A stretch of 64,000 nucleotides of DNA, taken from NCBI GenBank assembly GCA_964016885.1, contig OZ024743.1, positions 351,602,001-351,666,000 on the forward strand, given 5' to 3'. Under the pieces are notes generated by a model that saw only the letters and a list, made by a program, of their open reading frames with translations, did no database searches and was not told the DNA's origin. Position numbers and translations under genes: made by a program. Shown piece by piece: positions 24,946 to 38,498 of this stretch. The number at the start of each line of letters is the position of its first letter. Positions within the stretch are counted from its first letter, which is position 1. This DNA is from Eledone cirrhosa (taxonomy: Eukaryota).

Positions 24946-25811
24946 GAAGTTACAAGACCATACATACATATTTATATTAAAATCTTCAATCATAAGTTTT
25001 ATTTAAGAAATATTCGTTAAGTAAAATTTTAAATAGCTTATTAATGTAAGAATTGGTTATTTTATTAAATTCCCCTCAATATTTGGTTAATTTCAAAATA
25101 TAACTGAAACACCTGGGTAGTGTATTTCATTAGAAATACACTAACGAAAAGGTTAATAAGAAAAATACAGGCAAGATGGCGCGACAGATGAAATTCCATG
25201 TAGTATCTATTCCAGCTCTTTGCATTCTAAGTTGAAATCCTGCTATGGCCTAATTAGTTGGTAGACTTAATCCATCACCTGGTTTAACACCACCACCTGT
25301 TAAAACATTTTGAATTAGGTCTCCAGTTTGAGGATATCTTTCTGATTCCCTCCCAACTATCTCAAAGTCTTGAAAAGGGTCACAGAGACTGCCCTTCCCT
25401 TTCTGACTAAAACAGTAAAAGAAAAAAATAATAATAATAAATACAAATATTTCATTGTTATTAGGTCAGATAGTTTAACAAGGAATTATTAAAATAATTA
25501 TTGCTTTATTTATCGTCTTTGACTTGGTTGAACATCTCATGGAAACAGTGAGATAATCTGTAAAATAAACAAGAGAAATAACACAGTTGTCATTTGAAAA
25601 GATCTTCTGCAGCCTGAGGAGCTTTCTTAGCTGGTTAGGAAGTGAGATGACTGTAGTGTGACAACTTCATTCATTTTTATCTCTTTATGGTGGTGTCTCA
25701 GTATGAAAACAGCCAGTCTTTTTCATGGTGTTACCTCAGCATAGTCACAGCCTGTTCCTTTCTGGTGGTGCCTCAGAATGGTCACATCTAACTGGCTGAA
25801 GCTAGTAAAAG

Positions 25812-25994
25812 CTAAATTACAGAGGTAGTAGCCCAGTGTTTTACTTCAGTTGGACATGATGGGAATTTCTGTAAGACTTCTTTCAATTGCATGGGATGTA
25901 CAAGAAGTGTCATCAGTCGATACTCTTTCTGTACACGTGAACAACTACCATCCACTGGTTTAATCAACTCTACAACTTGTAAATGTTCAAATGC
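25812..25994 (-). CDS. ORC4: Origin recognition complex subunit 4, terminal coding exon
   Basis: AFEHLQVVELIKPVDGSCSRVQKEYRLMTLLVHPMQLKEVLQKFPSCPTEVKHWATTSVI* resembles the ORC4 C-terminus (AFEHLQQLELIKP...CPTDVRQWA). CAG acceptor at 25995-25997. Confidence 0.93.
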   Translation of the reverse strand, partial: AFEHLQVVELIKPVDGSCSRVQKEYRLMTLLVHPMQLKEVLQKFPSCPTEVKHWATTSVI

Positions 25995-26579
25995 CTGGCA
26001 ATAAGAAAACAGAAGTATGTCAGAAAGGAGTTTTTCAAATGTAAATAAGATATCTAAAACAACAACAACAAGCAATTTAATGACGTTTTCCCATCTAAAG
26101 CAGAAATTAGCTTTGAGGGCCCCCATGATAGGCTTCATAATGAACATGGGGTCTTTTTTGAGGCAATGTTTTATGACTGGCAGCCCTTCCTGATGCCAAC
26201 CCTTTTAGTTGCCTATTACAACAGTGTACCTATTCTAAACTGAATACACACTTTTTTTATGAAAATATGCTCTTCTGTGAAATATAATGTACGAATCCTA
26301 TTTTCTCGTCTCTCCATGCTCCCTTGTCCATTCATCTATCTGTATCATATCGTCCAGAATACAACCTTTTCTTTTTCAATGTTATTCGATAATTCTGTTT
26401 GATCATTCAAAATAATCTTCTTGTATTTTAAAATCCCATAATTCTTCCCTTATTACAGTTAAATGCTCGCTCGATGATGGCCAAAATTTTGTGGATTTTA
26501 TTTTATAACCTTCTTGCTATCTACCCCAGATCCCCACTGCCCCCACTCACCACCATTATTATTTGGACCAATCATAAGT

Positions 26580-29500
26580 CAGCAGCCTATGTTATCACTT
26601 AAGTTTAGACCTGGTTGCCTTTCGATATGATGGATGGACTACGGAATTCTGGAGAGTCTGAAAAAATCTGGACACTCAGTGACAATGCCAAAGATAAAGA
26701 CAAATTCACCTTATGCTGCCGGACGAGAATGCAAGAACTCCTCCTCTTTATTTAGGCCGTGGACGGCTAACATAGCCCCATCTCCCTCACCCCTCCCTGC
26801 GCCCTGTCCTTCCCACCCACCAAACGCAATCCAAAACTTCAGAGTTAGTACCATGAATGTAGGTACCTTAAAAGGTCGCTCTAATGAGGTTGTAGAGATG
26901 CTTGAACGTAAGGAGGTTGATGTTTTCTGTATTCAAGAGACCAGGTGGAGGGGTGGGTCTGCTAGATTCATTGTGGGTAAAAAACGATGCTATAAGCTTT
27001 TCTGGGTGGGAAATGACAATGGGCTGGGTGGAGTAGGAATCATGCTAGCAGAAAAATGGGTAGATAAAATAATAGATGTAAATAGAGTGAACGACAGAAT
27101 AATTAAAATAAGACTTGTCCTCAATAGAACTACTGTGACAATAATATCTGCGTATGCACCCCAACCCGGACTGCCTGGCATTATAAAAGACAGATTCTAT
27201 GAGTCGTTAATGCTCATTACCTCCCAAATAACCGACAGTGACTATATAATTATTGCTGGCAACCTAAATGGTCATGTTGGACAACACTGTGACGGCTATG
27301 ACGGAATCCATAGAAACTATGGCTTTGGTACTAGAAATGAGGAAGGCTCCAGAATCCTGGAATTCTGTGACGCAAATAATCTAACTATCTGTAACACAAA
27401 CTTCAAAAAACAAGATAATCACTTGATCACCTATAGATCAGGGGAACACGCCAATCAGATAGATTATATCCTTACCAGAAGACAAGACAGTGTCTGTTGT
27501 AAACACTAAATCCCTCCCCCATGAAGAATACACCTCCCAACATAGCCTCATAGTTAGCGACCTCATAGTCATGACGAGAAGTATTCGACAACAGAGGAGG
27601 ACTATCCTTAGGAGAAAAATATGGAAGTTAAAGGACCCCACAGCCAGTAATAAATTTAAATGCATATTACTTGATGCTTTTGACAGTAAGGAAGAGCAAT
27701 TAGAGTCGTACAGTGGGAATTCCTGAAAGCTAACCTGCTGAAGGCGACAGATGAAATCTGTGGCTGGAGCAGACCTGTAGGCAGGAGGAGAGTAACTTGG
27801 TGGTGGAACAGTAAGGTGGAGGAGTCGATCAAGGCTAAAAAGCAGGTTTGGAAAGTATGGCGGGATGGGGGATGTAGAGAAGACTATCAAGTGGCCAGGA
27901 GGGAAGCTAGGCGACAAGTGTACTTCGCAAGAAGGGAAGCAGAGGAAAGAAAGTTCAAGCCTGTTCTACAATGCGAGGACCAAAAACGTGAGGTGTTCAG
28001 GATTGCTAGACAATGTGTCAAGGAGAACCATGATATTGTCGGGGAGAAGGATGTCCGTAATGATGATGGTGTACTTGCCATGACTGACGCTGATAAGAAG
28101 GTAGCTTGGAAGTGTCACTACGAAAGGCTACTAAATGAGGAGAATAAATGGGAGAAAGACAGTCTCCCCCACATCGATCCAATAGAAGGACCAGCAGTGC
28201 AAGTTTCAGGTAGTATAATAAGTAAAGCAATCAAAGATATGAAGACGGGCAAGGCGGCTGGGCCTTCGGAAATAGTTGCTGAAATGCTGAAAGCATCTGG
28301 AATGGTGGGACACACTATGGTCATCCGGATAGTAAACCAAGTTATACAGAATGGGGTCGTACCAAAGGACTGGCATAGCAGCATCATCATTAACTGCTAC
28401 AAGGGTAAAGGAGATGCCCTAGATAGAGGAAACTATAGAGGCATTAAATTAATTGACCAGGTCAAGAAGGTCAAAGAAAAAGTAATAGCGCAACTAATCA
28501 GAGAGCGAATTGATCTCGATGAAATGCAGTTCGGGTTTGTGTCAGGTAAAAGTACGACAGACACACTTTTCATTGTACGACAGCTACAGGAGAAGTACCT
28601 AGCTAAAAGTAAACCCCTCTACTTAGCTTTTGTAGACCTGGAGAAAGCCTTTGACAGAGTCCCTCGCTCCATTATCTGGTGGGCTCTTAGAAAACTAGGT
28701 GTAGATGAATGGCTTGTGAGAGCTATACAAGCCATGTATAAAGAAACAGTCGGCAAGGTTAGAATTAACAACGAATATAGTGAAGAGTTTAGCGTAAAAG
28801 TTGGTGTTCATCAGGGCTCAGTCCTTAGCCTCCTCCTATTTATTATCACCCTCCAAGCTATAACAAAGGAGTTCAAGACCGGCTGCCCATGGGAACTTCT
28901 ATACGCAGATGATCTAACGCTCATAGCCGAATCAATGGCTGAACTAGAGAAGAAATTCCAAACATGGAAGCATGGCCTAGAATCAAAAGGCCTTAAAATT
29001 AACTTGTCTAAGACTGAAGTCCTAATATGGAGGAATGAGAATAGGGCACTGGCCATGCTCAGTGTGTAGGAAAGGGGTAGGCAGAAACTCCATTTTATGT
29101 CCCAAATGCAAAATATGGGTGCATAAAAGATGTAGTGGGATCACAGGTAAGCTAACTAAGAATATAGATTTTACATGTGGCCGATCCTCTGGTGCAATAA
29201 GTAGCAGCAAATGCCCACAGAATACTAGCTCATTCCATTGCCCAGATGGTTCTATAGAAATAGTGGACACTTTCCGTTACCTGGGTGACAAAATCAGCAG
29301 GGGTGGAGGGTGCTCCGAAAGTACTGTAGCTAGAGTCCGAGGGGATGGAAAAAGTTCAGAGAGCTTAAACCACTATTGGCTGCTAAAGGTTTCTCTCTAA
29401 AAATAAAAGGCAGGCTGTATGATGCCTGCATACGAACAGCAATGTTACATGGCAGTGAGACATGGGCCTTGTGTGCAGAGGATATACGCAGACTAGAGAG

Positions 29501-30137
29501 GAACGAAGCTTGCATGCTCCATTGGATGTGTAATAGTAATATACACGAACGGCAAAGCATAAATGAACTAAGTGAGAAATTAGGAATAAGAGGGATCAGA
29601 TGCTGTTTACTCGAGAGAAGACTACGTTGGTATGGACACGTGATGCGCATGAAAGACGACAGCTGTATAAAAAAGTGCAGGGCGATCAAAATAGATAGTA
29701 GCTACGGAGTAGGCAGACCCAGAAAAACCTGGGACGACTTGATAAAATCCGACCTCACACACTTACGCCTCTCCAAGACAATGTCACTGGACCGAAATCA
29801 TTGGCGTTACACAGTAATAGAGAAGACCCGCCTTACCTGAGTACAAAGCGAAACCTACAGTCAGTAGGCACCTCTTAACCAAAGTACACCCCCGTCCCAC
29901 TACCCCTACCCCACCGCCATCTACACCACCCCTTTCGATGTAAAGCTATGTTGGTACCACAACATCCAGTCCTAAATAAATGAGGTCTTGTAGGTGTCAC
30001 GACAAAAAAACACACAGTCCACGCTGTAATATGGCCGTGTAGGTAACACAGTAAAAACCTCCCAGTCCACACTGTAAACGTGGTTGGTGTTAGGAAGGGC
30101 ATCCAGCCGTAGAAAACGACTGGATGATGATGATGAT
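26580..30137 (+). mobile_element. RTE-clade LINE, near full length, frameshifted, in the last ORC4 intron (antisense)
   Basis: APE endonuclease (TMNVGTL, IQETRW, SAYAPQ, QIDYIL). RT (FVDLEKAFD, GVHQGS, LYADD). Cys-rich insert. C-terminal RLRWYGHV..GRPRKTW. (GAT)n tail. Confidence 0.93.
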
Positions 30138-30149
30138 ATAGGGCCACCA

Positions 30150-30335
30150 ATTGGCAGTATCAATAGAGCATCAGACACCATGCTTTGCAGCAAAGAGTTA
30201 TGGTCCTTTATGTTCTGAGTTCAAATCCTGCCAAGGTTAACTTTGCCTTTCATCCTTAAGGGGTTGATAAAATAAAGTACCAGTAATGCACTGGAGTAAT
30301 TGCTGGCCTTGTGCCAAAAGAAGAAACAATTATTA
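30150..30335 (+). mobile_element. tRNA-derived SINE (further copies at ~31780-31940 -, ~33000-33185 -, ~38730-38920 -, ~63320-63530 +)
   Basis: A/B-box-like head, core ctttgcctttcatccttaaggggttgataaaataaagtaccag, (ATT)n tail. Confidence 0.8.
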
Positions 30336-30414
30336 TTATGAATTTGATATCTGTCATTGATGTTATTTAACCAGAAAAATTGCCCAAATGAATATTAAGT
30401 CATTACCCACAGCC

Positions 30415-31620
30415 TCAGATATTCATGACGTTTCGGAGGGGTCCTTGCTGTTCCCAGTAGTCTTGCCTTTTGAAGTGTTCCAAAAAGGTGACTAGGTTAA
30501 TCATCTTTAGCCAACCATGGAAACTCTTTGAGACAGTATCTAGTGTTCCTATGATGATGGGGACGACCTTGATCTCATGACAATCCCAAATCCTTTTCAG
30601 TTCCCACTTTAGATCCTGGTACTGGTTAATTTTCTCCCTCTCATTTTCTTGCAGTCTTGTGTCAAAGGGGCAAGCTACATCTATAATCAAGCAAGATCTT
30701 TTTTCCTAGTCAAAAACCACCAAGTCAGGCCTATTACGTTCTAATTCTTTATGTTTGTATCCTGAAATCCCACAACACCTTCACCTGATCATTTTCTACC
30801 ATTGACTCTGGTTTATACTCATACCACTTCCCAAAGTCAGGTAAATCATTCAATTCGCACAATTTACACAGTGGATCACTTTTCCTATAATATCATGTCT
30901 CCATCTTTTACAATGAGTCTGGACTAAGTGTTTACAGTCAGATACAATGTGAGCCGCAGTTTCCTACAGAGCAGGTTAGCTTCCTCCTTGTTAATATGAT
31001 GTTTCATCCACTTCATTCTAAGGGCTTGTCCTTGTACAACCAGTAGCATTCACTCTGTAGCTTTCTTAAGATCCCCTTTCTTTAACCAGTTGCATGTTTC
31101 TGAATTCTGTTTTCTTCAAGAGCTTTTTCATTCAGGTTGTTCTTCCTCTTTGCTGTTACTTCTTTCTTGGACATCTCCTGGTCCATTATCTCCTCGTTAC
31201 TCTCAGACACATAGTTATGTAAACAGCTCTTCTCCATCTGAACACAATCCTCCACACTGATAAGACATTTCTCACCTTCAGCTCTCTCTAAATACAGCCT
31301 ATCAACCCTTCTTATAAAACATACTGTAGGTAGTCATTAGTTTTCTTGTCTTTCTATCCAGTTCTTTTTGCTCATTTACATTCCATTGAAGAATTCCCGT
31401 GCTGTACCTAATAATTGACACAGCTCAGGAATTTATTGCACTTATAACCTTCCTACAGTTCACATGTGATTTCAGTATTTTTCTTACTCTCCTTATGAAT
31501 TCAGATCTTATCATCTCCATTTTATTGTCCTCCAAAACACCCAAATACCTATATCCCTCTTCAGTGTATCTCCTTTATCATCTTAACCGTTGGTACCTTT
31601 GCTTCTCATCAATTTGCAGT
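30415..31620 (-). mobile_element. Degenerate R4/Dong-like RLE non-LTR retrotransposon 3' part
   Basis: RPDLVV..IIDVACPFD..EKINQYQDLKWELKRIW..VVPIIIG RLE motif. YRYLGV RT remnant near 31550. Confidence 0.7.
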
Positions 31621-32079
31621 TCCTGAGTTATTTTACTAAATCTTTCCAAATTCTTTATTTCAAAAATAATCTGAAACATATAAAACGGTGAAGAATCTTA
31701 ACTCTTCATGGAGTTATCAGGTTGCAGTCTTGACGCATGGCATCTTGAGCAAAGCCCATCTCTCCCTAGGTTGGAACAACCAATTTCTTTCAGAGAGAGT
31801 GAAACAGTACTTGACCTGCCCTTGAGTTAGGGTGAAAAGCAAAGTTGACCTTGGTGGGATTTGAGCTCGGAGTGCAGTGAGCTGGAACAAATACTCAGGC
31901 ATTTTTAATCAGACACTCCTAATGACACTGTCAATTCACCAATTTAAAACATACAGACAATATATTTTGTTAGAAACATGGTCACAAAAGGGTTAAAATT
32001 AGTGAGACTTCATAGAATTTTCTTTAAAAGCAGACTATAAATATATTACAAGAAATGTCAACCATGATGAGAGCACTCA

Positions 32080-32660
32080 CATCAGAGTAGCCCAACGCCT
32101 CAGCCTCTGCATGTGTGAGCCACATAAATGCCATTGCAGAGCGGTCATTGACAAGTTCGGCCTGCACCCACAGTCATGTTGTTAGAGTGAAGGCCACTTC
32201 CCCCAACATGCCGCTCTTAACGACATTTTGAGAAGGAGCCTAGACACAGCTGGCTTTCCATCTCAACTAGAGCCAGCAGGCCTTGACCGTGGAGATGGCA
32301 AGCATCCCGATGGAATAACCCCTTTCCTATTCGAAAGAAGTAGATCCCTCATCTAGAACGCTATATGTTGTGACAAATTCTCCATCTCCAACTTAGTCGC
32401 TTTGACTACAAACTCTGGTTCCATGCAGAGGAAAAGAAGATAAACAATTATAGGGGATTGTCTGACCACTTCCTCTTCGCACCAGTCGCCGTCAAGTTGG
32501 ACCCTGTACTGTTGAGCTCCTTCACAAGATCGGAACATCGGCGGCCCATCTCGGCAAGGAACCCCGTGAGATGGGGTGGTTGTTGCAGCGGGTATCACTG
32601 GCCTTTGTCTACGGGAATACTTTTGCAGTCTTGTCCGTGGAGTGAAGCCGCATCACCGCT
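32080..32660 (+). mobile_element. Degenerate CRE-like 3' fragment
   Basis: Homologous to 11250-11830: [42 protein letters not shown]. Confidence 0.75.
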
Positions 32661-32896
32661 GCCCCCTAAACCCAGAACCCAATTGCCCCCCCCCCCCCCC
32701 CCCCATTCTTGTGATACTAGAGTCCTTGCCATTCCCTCCCTCTTCCGTTTTTTTTTCTTTATATTTTCTTATTTTACATTCCATTCTTTCTTCTCAATCT
32801 TTTTTTATTTTTCTATTAAACTTTATTTACGTGATATATTCCATAAATAAATACATAAATAAAATGAAATAAAATATATCAATACAACACACTTAC

Positions 32897-32961
32897 TTTC
32901 AAGACAACAGATTTTTCAAAGACCTGCAGAGAAGATTTCTGTTGAGAAAATCTCAAATATT
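32897..32961 (-). CDS. ORC4: ORC4 internal exon (65 nt)
   Basis: (E)YLRFSQQKSSLQVFEKSVVLK. TAG acceptor, GTAAGT donor, phases fit neighbours. Not in the ORF track. Confidence 0.9.
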
Positions 32962-33466
32962 CTACAAGAAAAACAATGATAAGGAATGTATATATAAATA
33001 ATTGTTTCTACTTTAGGCACAAGGCCAGCAAATACCCAGTGCATTACTGGTACTTTATTTTATCAACCCCGTAAGGATGAAAGGCAAAGTCAACCTCGGC
33101 GGGATTTGAACTCAGATCGTAAAGGGACGTAACTATGCTGGAAAGCATGGCATCCGACCCTCTACCGATACTGCCAATCCACCGCCCCTGTATATATAAA
33201 TAATGAAAAATATATCATCATTTTATATCTGTTTACTATACTCACATGGATTGGACAGGTTGTCATGTTCCAAGATCAGACATAATACATAAATTTACTG
33301 TATATACCCTCATATGCACCTCGATTATGAATCATAGACTCTATATTAGTACTACTGCTAATTTATCATGGCTATTCAAGCATGCACTATATACAAATGA
33401 ACTTTTCCACCAGACGTTTTATATGCAAAAAGTATAACTTTATCATATCTCAGTACTGAATGAGTA

Positions 33467-33516
33467 AATGTCACTGATGATGGCTAAAGAATCCTGAAAC
33501 ACTAGTGTTTGGCATT
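33467..33516 (+). ncRNA. Isolated minimal type I hammerhead motif
   Basis: AATGTCA-CTGATGA-(weak stem II)-GAAA-CACTAGTG-TT-TGGCATT: 7-bp stem I and palindromic stem III. Confidence 0.6.
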
Positions 33517-33769
33517 CTCACATGGCTACTGAAATAGTTATGACATGATCACCGCTTGAAACACTCATATACATGTGTGTATAAATATGCTGAGTGATTT
33601 TGGTCGCTTTTTTTTTTGGTGTCACACTTTCTTAACTTTGTGTTTACTCTGGACAATAATGTATTAACTTCTTACTCAATTGAGTGTTTTGTGACCCCCT
33701 CAAACAATTTGATAAGTAACTGCTATATTATGGCTAAAACTTCGATTCATACCCAATATTATGTATATT

Positions 33770-33794
33770 ATATATATAGACACACACACTTATT

Positions 33795-33833
<39 letters not shown>

Positions 33834-33904
33834 TGATACATACACATACATATATTTCATCATCATTTTACATCCGCTTTTCCCTGCTTGCAAGGGTGGG
33901 ACCA

Positions 33905-33970
<66 letters not shown>

Positions 33971-34005
33971 CACACATACATACACACACATATATATATA
34001 TATAT
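33770..34005. repeat. (TA)n/(CA)n microsatellite cluster
   Basis: Direct observation. Confidence 0.9.
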
Positions 34006-34011
34006 AGGAAC

Positions 34012-34215
34012 GAGTAGGACCCCGACAGCTGAGCTCAAGCCGTTTCGACAGCTAATTCTGGACTAAATGAAAATTTTTATCCTGTTAAATGAATAGCTGA
34101 ACTTCTCAGGGGGTAATTCCATATATGGTAAAAGTGATTGTCACAAGGATTGGTCAAAAGTTTGTTGTTGAGACACATGATTCTATCATGGCATTTTGTG
34201 GAAGGTAGGGCCATA
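34012..34215 (-). mobile_element. Solo pLTR fragment of PLE family A with degenerate hammerhead
   Basis: Homologous to 53010-53220, abuts (TA)n, core reads CTGAGAA...GAAA...GTC. Confidence 0.7.
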
Positions 34216-35736
34216 TATCTTATGAGATCACAGTATTTTGTATATATAGTTTTCAACTAGCAATAACCACGCTTCTGATAACCCTCATTGGCTATGGTCC
34301 CGCCTATATCAAGGAAGAATAAGTACTCTAGATGAAAAAAGTTCTTATCCCTTATAGCACTATTTCATTTATGAAACATGCAGTTTGTTTACAACAACAT
34401 GAGAAAAGACAACGATTGACTGCACTAAATGGAAAAGAGCATTATAGAAAGGAGTAAGAGTTGCAGAATCTAACTGGTCAAAACAACAAAAACCAAAGAG
34501 TAAGATCTGCCATATTAGCACTACCAACTGTATTCTGTAATAATTGCAGGAGTGATTGTGCCAGAGTGCTTTTGGTCCATTGTCTCATGAAAGAGCAAAG
34601 TAATATTGACGGAGTTTCTTCATTGTTTAACTACAAAAATTTGATAAAGAAAATTAAATATCAAGCCATACTCGATTGTGAGTATATCATCATCCCCATT
34701 TAGCGTCCACTTTTCCATGCTTGCATGGGCTAGACGGGTCACCCATGCCAAAAGGCAAGTCTGGCCAGAGTTGGCCATGCTGCACTTTGCTCCGGCTGTA
34801 AATTTGGCCAAGTATTTTACAGCTGGATGCCTTTCCTAACATCAAGCAGATTTACAGTATAGAATTGGATGGCTCTGTTATGAGGGACAGGCCAGTTAGC
34901 TGTGCCGAACCTGTCTCACAGCAGAACCATAGTTTTGGAGCCCAACCCATCTTGCAGTGGAACCATAGTTATGGAGCCCGGTACTGGATGACACTTGCCC
35001 AAGGTGCCACACTGTTGGACTGAACCCAAAACTGTATGGTTCTGATGCAAATTTCTTAACCACATGGGCAGATTCAGCATGACAAAGTACATGACAAGGC
35101 AGGCTATTTGAATGCCCAGTCTATTTGATAAGCTTCTAAATAGTTTCCTTCTACACAATTTCACTCACAGACTTGGGTTGACCCGAGGCTATGGTAAAAC
35201 ACACGTGCACAAGATACTATACAATGGAATCAACTCCACAACTGCATGAATGTGAAAAGAATTTCTTAACCATTTGGTCATACCTACATCAGCCAGTGAG
35301 AAATAAAAAGGTTCATACAAACAGGGCCAAAAAACTAAGAAGGCTCTACAGCAACCATGCAACACCCATTTTCAGAAAAATCTTTGCTTGCTTCGTGCCC
35401 CAAAGGGGTCTTGTACCACCTTGCAAAATTTCTCTTGGAGGCCCTGCATACAAACAATTGTGAAGGCACGCTACCAAGTGATTAGGTTGTTGGGCTCATG
35501 ATCATAATATTATGAGTTCAATTCCTGGATCGAGTAGCACATTATTTTCATGAACAATTACTAGCAAGACACTTCATTTCAAGTTGTTTTTAATGATAGG
35601 ACTGGATCATCTATTATTAAAACAATCAAGCAGCATCCTATAAGATACAATCTCAGAGAAGGCCAGCTAAACCTGCATAGGTGAGGGCTATAAATTTCAT
35701 TTTTTTTTTTTAATACAAACATTATTAGAGACTTAC

Positions 35737-35832
35737 CATTATAAACAATTTCAAAGTTAAAAGGTTCACCGTCATATACTTCTGTCAGGTGTTTCATAGC
35801 AATCACAAGAGATAGTTCCAGTATAGACAAAC
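35737..35832 (-). CDS. ORC4: ORC4 internal exon (96 nt)
   Basis: (G)LSILELSLVIAMKHLTEVYDGEPFNFEIVYN matches the ORC4 winged-helix start. TAG/GTAAGT boundaries. Confidence 0.93.
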
Positions 35833-36354
35833 CTACATTGGAAAAAATACAATGTTCTAACATTAAATTATCAAACACTTGAAAAATTAAATACTGACTG
35901 CAATATACTGGATATATAGTTTGTAAGTTTGGATAAGTTTGCATACTGATGATTTGGGAGCTGTTCCTTTAGGTGAGAGAAACAAAGAATATTTTCAGCT
36001 GGCCAATGAATGCATATGTTGTTGGGTTTGTTCATATTGAAAAATGAGAGCTAAGACTATATTAAATACATGACACCTGAAAAAAAGGTGATGGTTATAG
36101 CTGGAACACTTTTGATCATGGATCTCCTCAATCAGGGCCAAAGTAGAAGTAAGCCTTTAGCCTTGTTTTCAGCCTTGGTAGGCAGCAGAATTACATTTAC
36201 TCATGATCGTCATCCCTCTGAACAGACCCACAGACCCAGAAAAAGATTATGGGCATTTGTTAAAATGGTAAAAAATAAAAATATGGACAGTTTCTATGAC
36301 AACCACAAACAGTACACAGTACAAAGAGAAATAGAGAGAGAAGGTATATCCTAC

Positions 36355-36463
36355 CATGTAGTATGGATGATTTACTGTCAGTGCTCATTCTTTTGAAGGA
36401 GTCTATGAAATCGGAGACTTGCAGGAATGGCTGAGCGCTACTGAGATTACAGATTGGTCCAAT
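36355..36463 (-). CDS. ORC4: ORC4 internal exon (109 nt)
   Basis: IGPICNLSSAQPFLQVSDFIDSFKRMSTDSKSSILH(G) aligns to ORC4 ...HPF...DSKANIVHG. TTTCAG acceptor, GTAG donor, phase 0 to 1. Confidence 0.88.
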
Positions 36464-37711
36464 CTGAAATATGACACTGAATTATAATCACAGCTAACAT
36501 TATTATTAATACTAACTCGTTCAATGCCATAGTTCTAATAATAGACCCTGGCTATGATTTTCAAATCATTTTGAAAATAACGAGGAATTTGGAGGAATTT
36601 AGTAATATATTTTTCTCGTTATTAAGCTGGTATTTGGAACATAACTTAACAAAGGTTCTTACAAAATTATGATGGAAGCTTTTTTGATAAATATAAACAC
36701 ATGAAAATAAACAACTTAGTATCATAGAACCAGAGGCAGTTTCATGCTGTTTGGTATCAAAAGGGTTAATAGAAGAGCCAAGAAAATCAATCTCTGGTAC
36801 TCATTTTTCAGCTAAGGGGACTGGAACAGCATGAAATGAAATATCTTGCTCAAAAGCAAAATGCACCACTCAGGTTAGGAATCGACCCATGGCATTAAGA
36901 TCAAGAGTCAGGAAAAGGCCCATAAATTTCTGATGAGCTCCACTAAAAAAACATCATTCAATCTTGATTTTCCACAAGATAATCAGCTACATACTAAAGT
37001 GTCATGATACACAGTTCGGTAACTTCTGAGTGTATAAATATGTAAGTCAAAATGTATATATGCATGCCTGCACTAGTAATATCACCGTTTTACGTCCATT
37101 CTTCCACACTAGCATGGGTTAGACGGGTTGTTCTATAGTGGGCAATGCCAGGTCAGGTGACCATGCCTTGCTCATACAGAACTGATTTTGGCTTGATTTC
37201 TACAGTTGGATGCCCTTCCTAACACCAACCTCATTTACAGTGAGCACTGTGTGCTTTTTACCATGGCACCTACACAACCACTTTACAGTGTGGACTGGGT
37301 GCTTTTTTATTGTGACACCTACATGACCGCTTTACAGTAGGAGGGGAGGGCATACTGTCTATATGCTTCGGCTTCGGCTTGTACCCGTGGGAAGTCAGGT
37401 CTTCTGCATTACTGCGTAACACCAGAGGTCTTGGTCCTGTGTCATCGCCTTTGAGAGGTGCAATTGGGCAAGATCAGCTTTTATCACCTCATCCCATATC
37501 TTCTTGGGTCTCCCCACTGTCATCGTTCATATGCATCAGATGTCCATACCAACGTAATCTCCTCTCCTGCACACAGCATTTGATTCCTCTTATGCTTAGT
37601 CAGTATTTAGTGTGTATTTGCATTTAAGTATTAGTGCCTGTTAAGTGAAGTATGCACTCATGTTTAATTCAATATTAACAGAAATATAGATGCTATTATA
37701 ACAAAACTTAC

Positions 37712-37798
37712 CATAAAGGTCTGAAGTCTTCGAATGTCTTTATCAATGCTGTATTGGCGTTTCAGGACATCTTGAATGGTACCATCCTGACACAATTT
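37712..37798 (-). CDS. ORC4: ORC4 internal exon (87 nt)
   Basis: KLCQDGTIQDVLKRQYSIDKDIRRLQTFM. CAG/GTAAGT boundaries, phase 0. Confidence 0.88.
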
Positions 37799-38498
37799 CT
37801 GGTAGAAAAAATATATACATTCAATGTAGACGTATACTTTCGAACAGCGAAGGATGTCCTTACCCACCACAGGCATTTGTTTGACATTCTCTTTACTGTT
37901 TAATCAGGGAAGAAAGGACAGTCAAGACTGGAAGGTATCTTGTCAATCTGCCTGTCTGTCTGACTGTCTATCTATAGCTACCTATTTATGCATATTTACC
38001 AACATATCTATCTTCAGACAAGAATATCAATATCAATAAATAAGTACGAATCTGAATAGATACATAAATAGAACAAAGTCAATGTAATTCAGAGGATTAT
38101 ATGTTTGATAATGATGAAAGAAAATAGGGAAGAAAATTATTGTAATTAATTTAAGTGAATATAAAATGAAATACTGACAAGATGGAGACAGTCAAGGAAA
38201 ACTCAAGGATTCAAGCAAGCTTTATACAGTTCTAATCAAGGAATTATTAAGTATATATACACATGACAAACTTCCATACAGTTTCTGTCAATTAATTTTG
38301 TCAGTCAGCCCAAATCCATAGTAGAAGATATTTACCCAATGAACCAAGCAGAACCACATGGTTGCAAAGTGAACTCTTTAACTATACACCCATGTGTCCA
38401 CCTTTAACTAAAAAGTAAAACAAAAAAAATAAAAGTTCATAATAGTATTTCGGAAAAATTTTTTTTCTTTAAATCAACATTTTTACCAAAAGACTTAC

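Noticed and set aside
26580-26850. HDV-like ribozyme at the RTE 5' end
   Set aside because: Expected by analogy with other RTEs, but I could not build the nested double pseudoknot.
33616-34066. YI/HT-rich ORFs (also 14704-15026 and 57561-57852)
   Set aside because: Translations of dinucleotide microsatellites.
36930-36950. CTGATGAG hammerhead half-site
   Set aside because: No GAAA box or stems follow.
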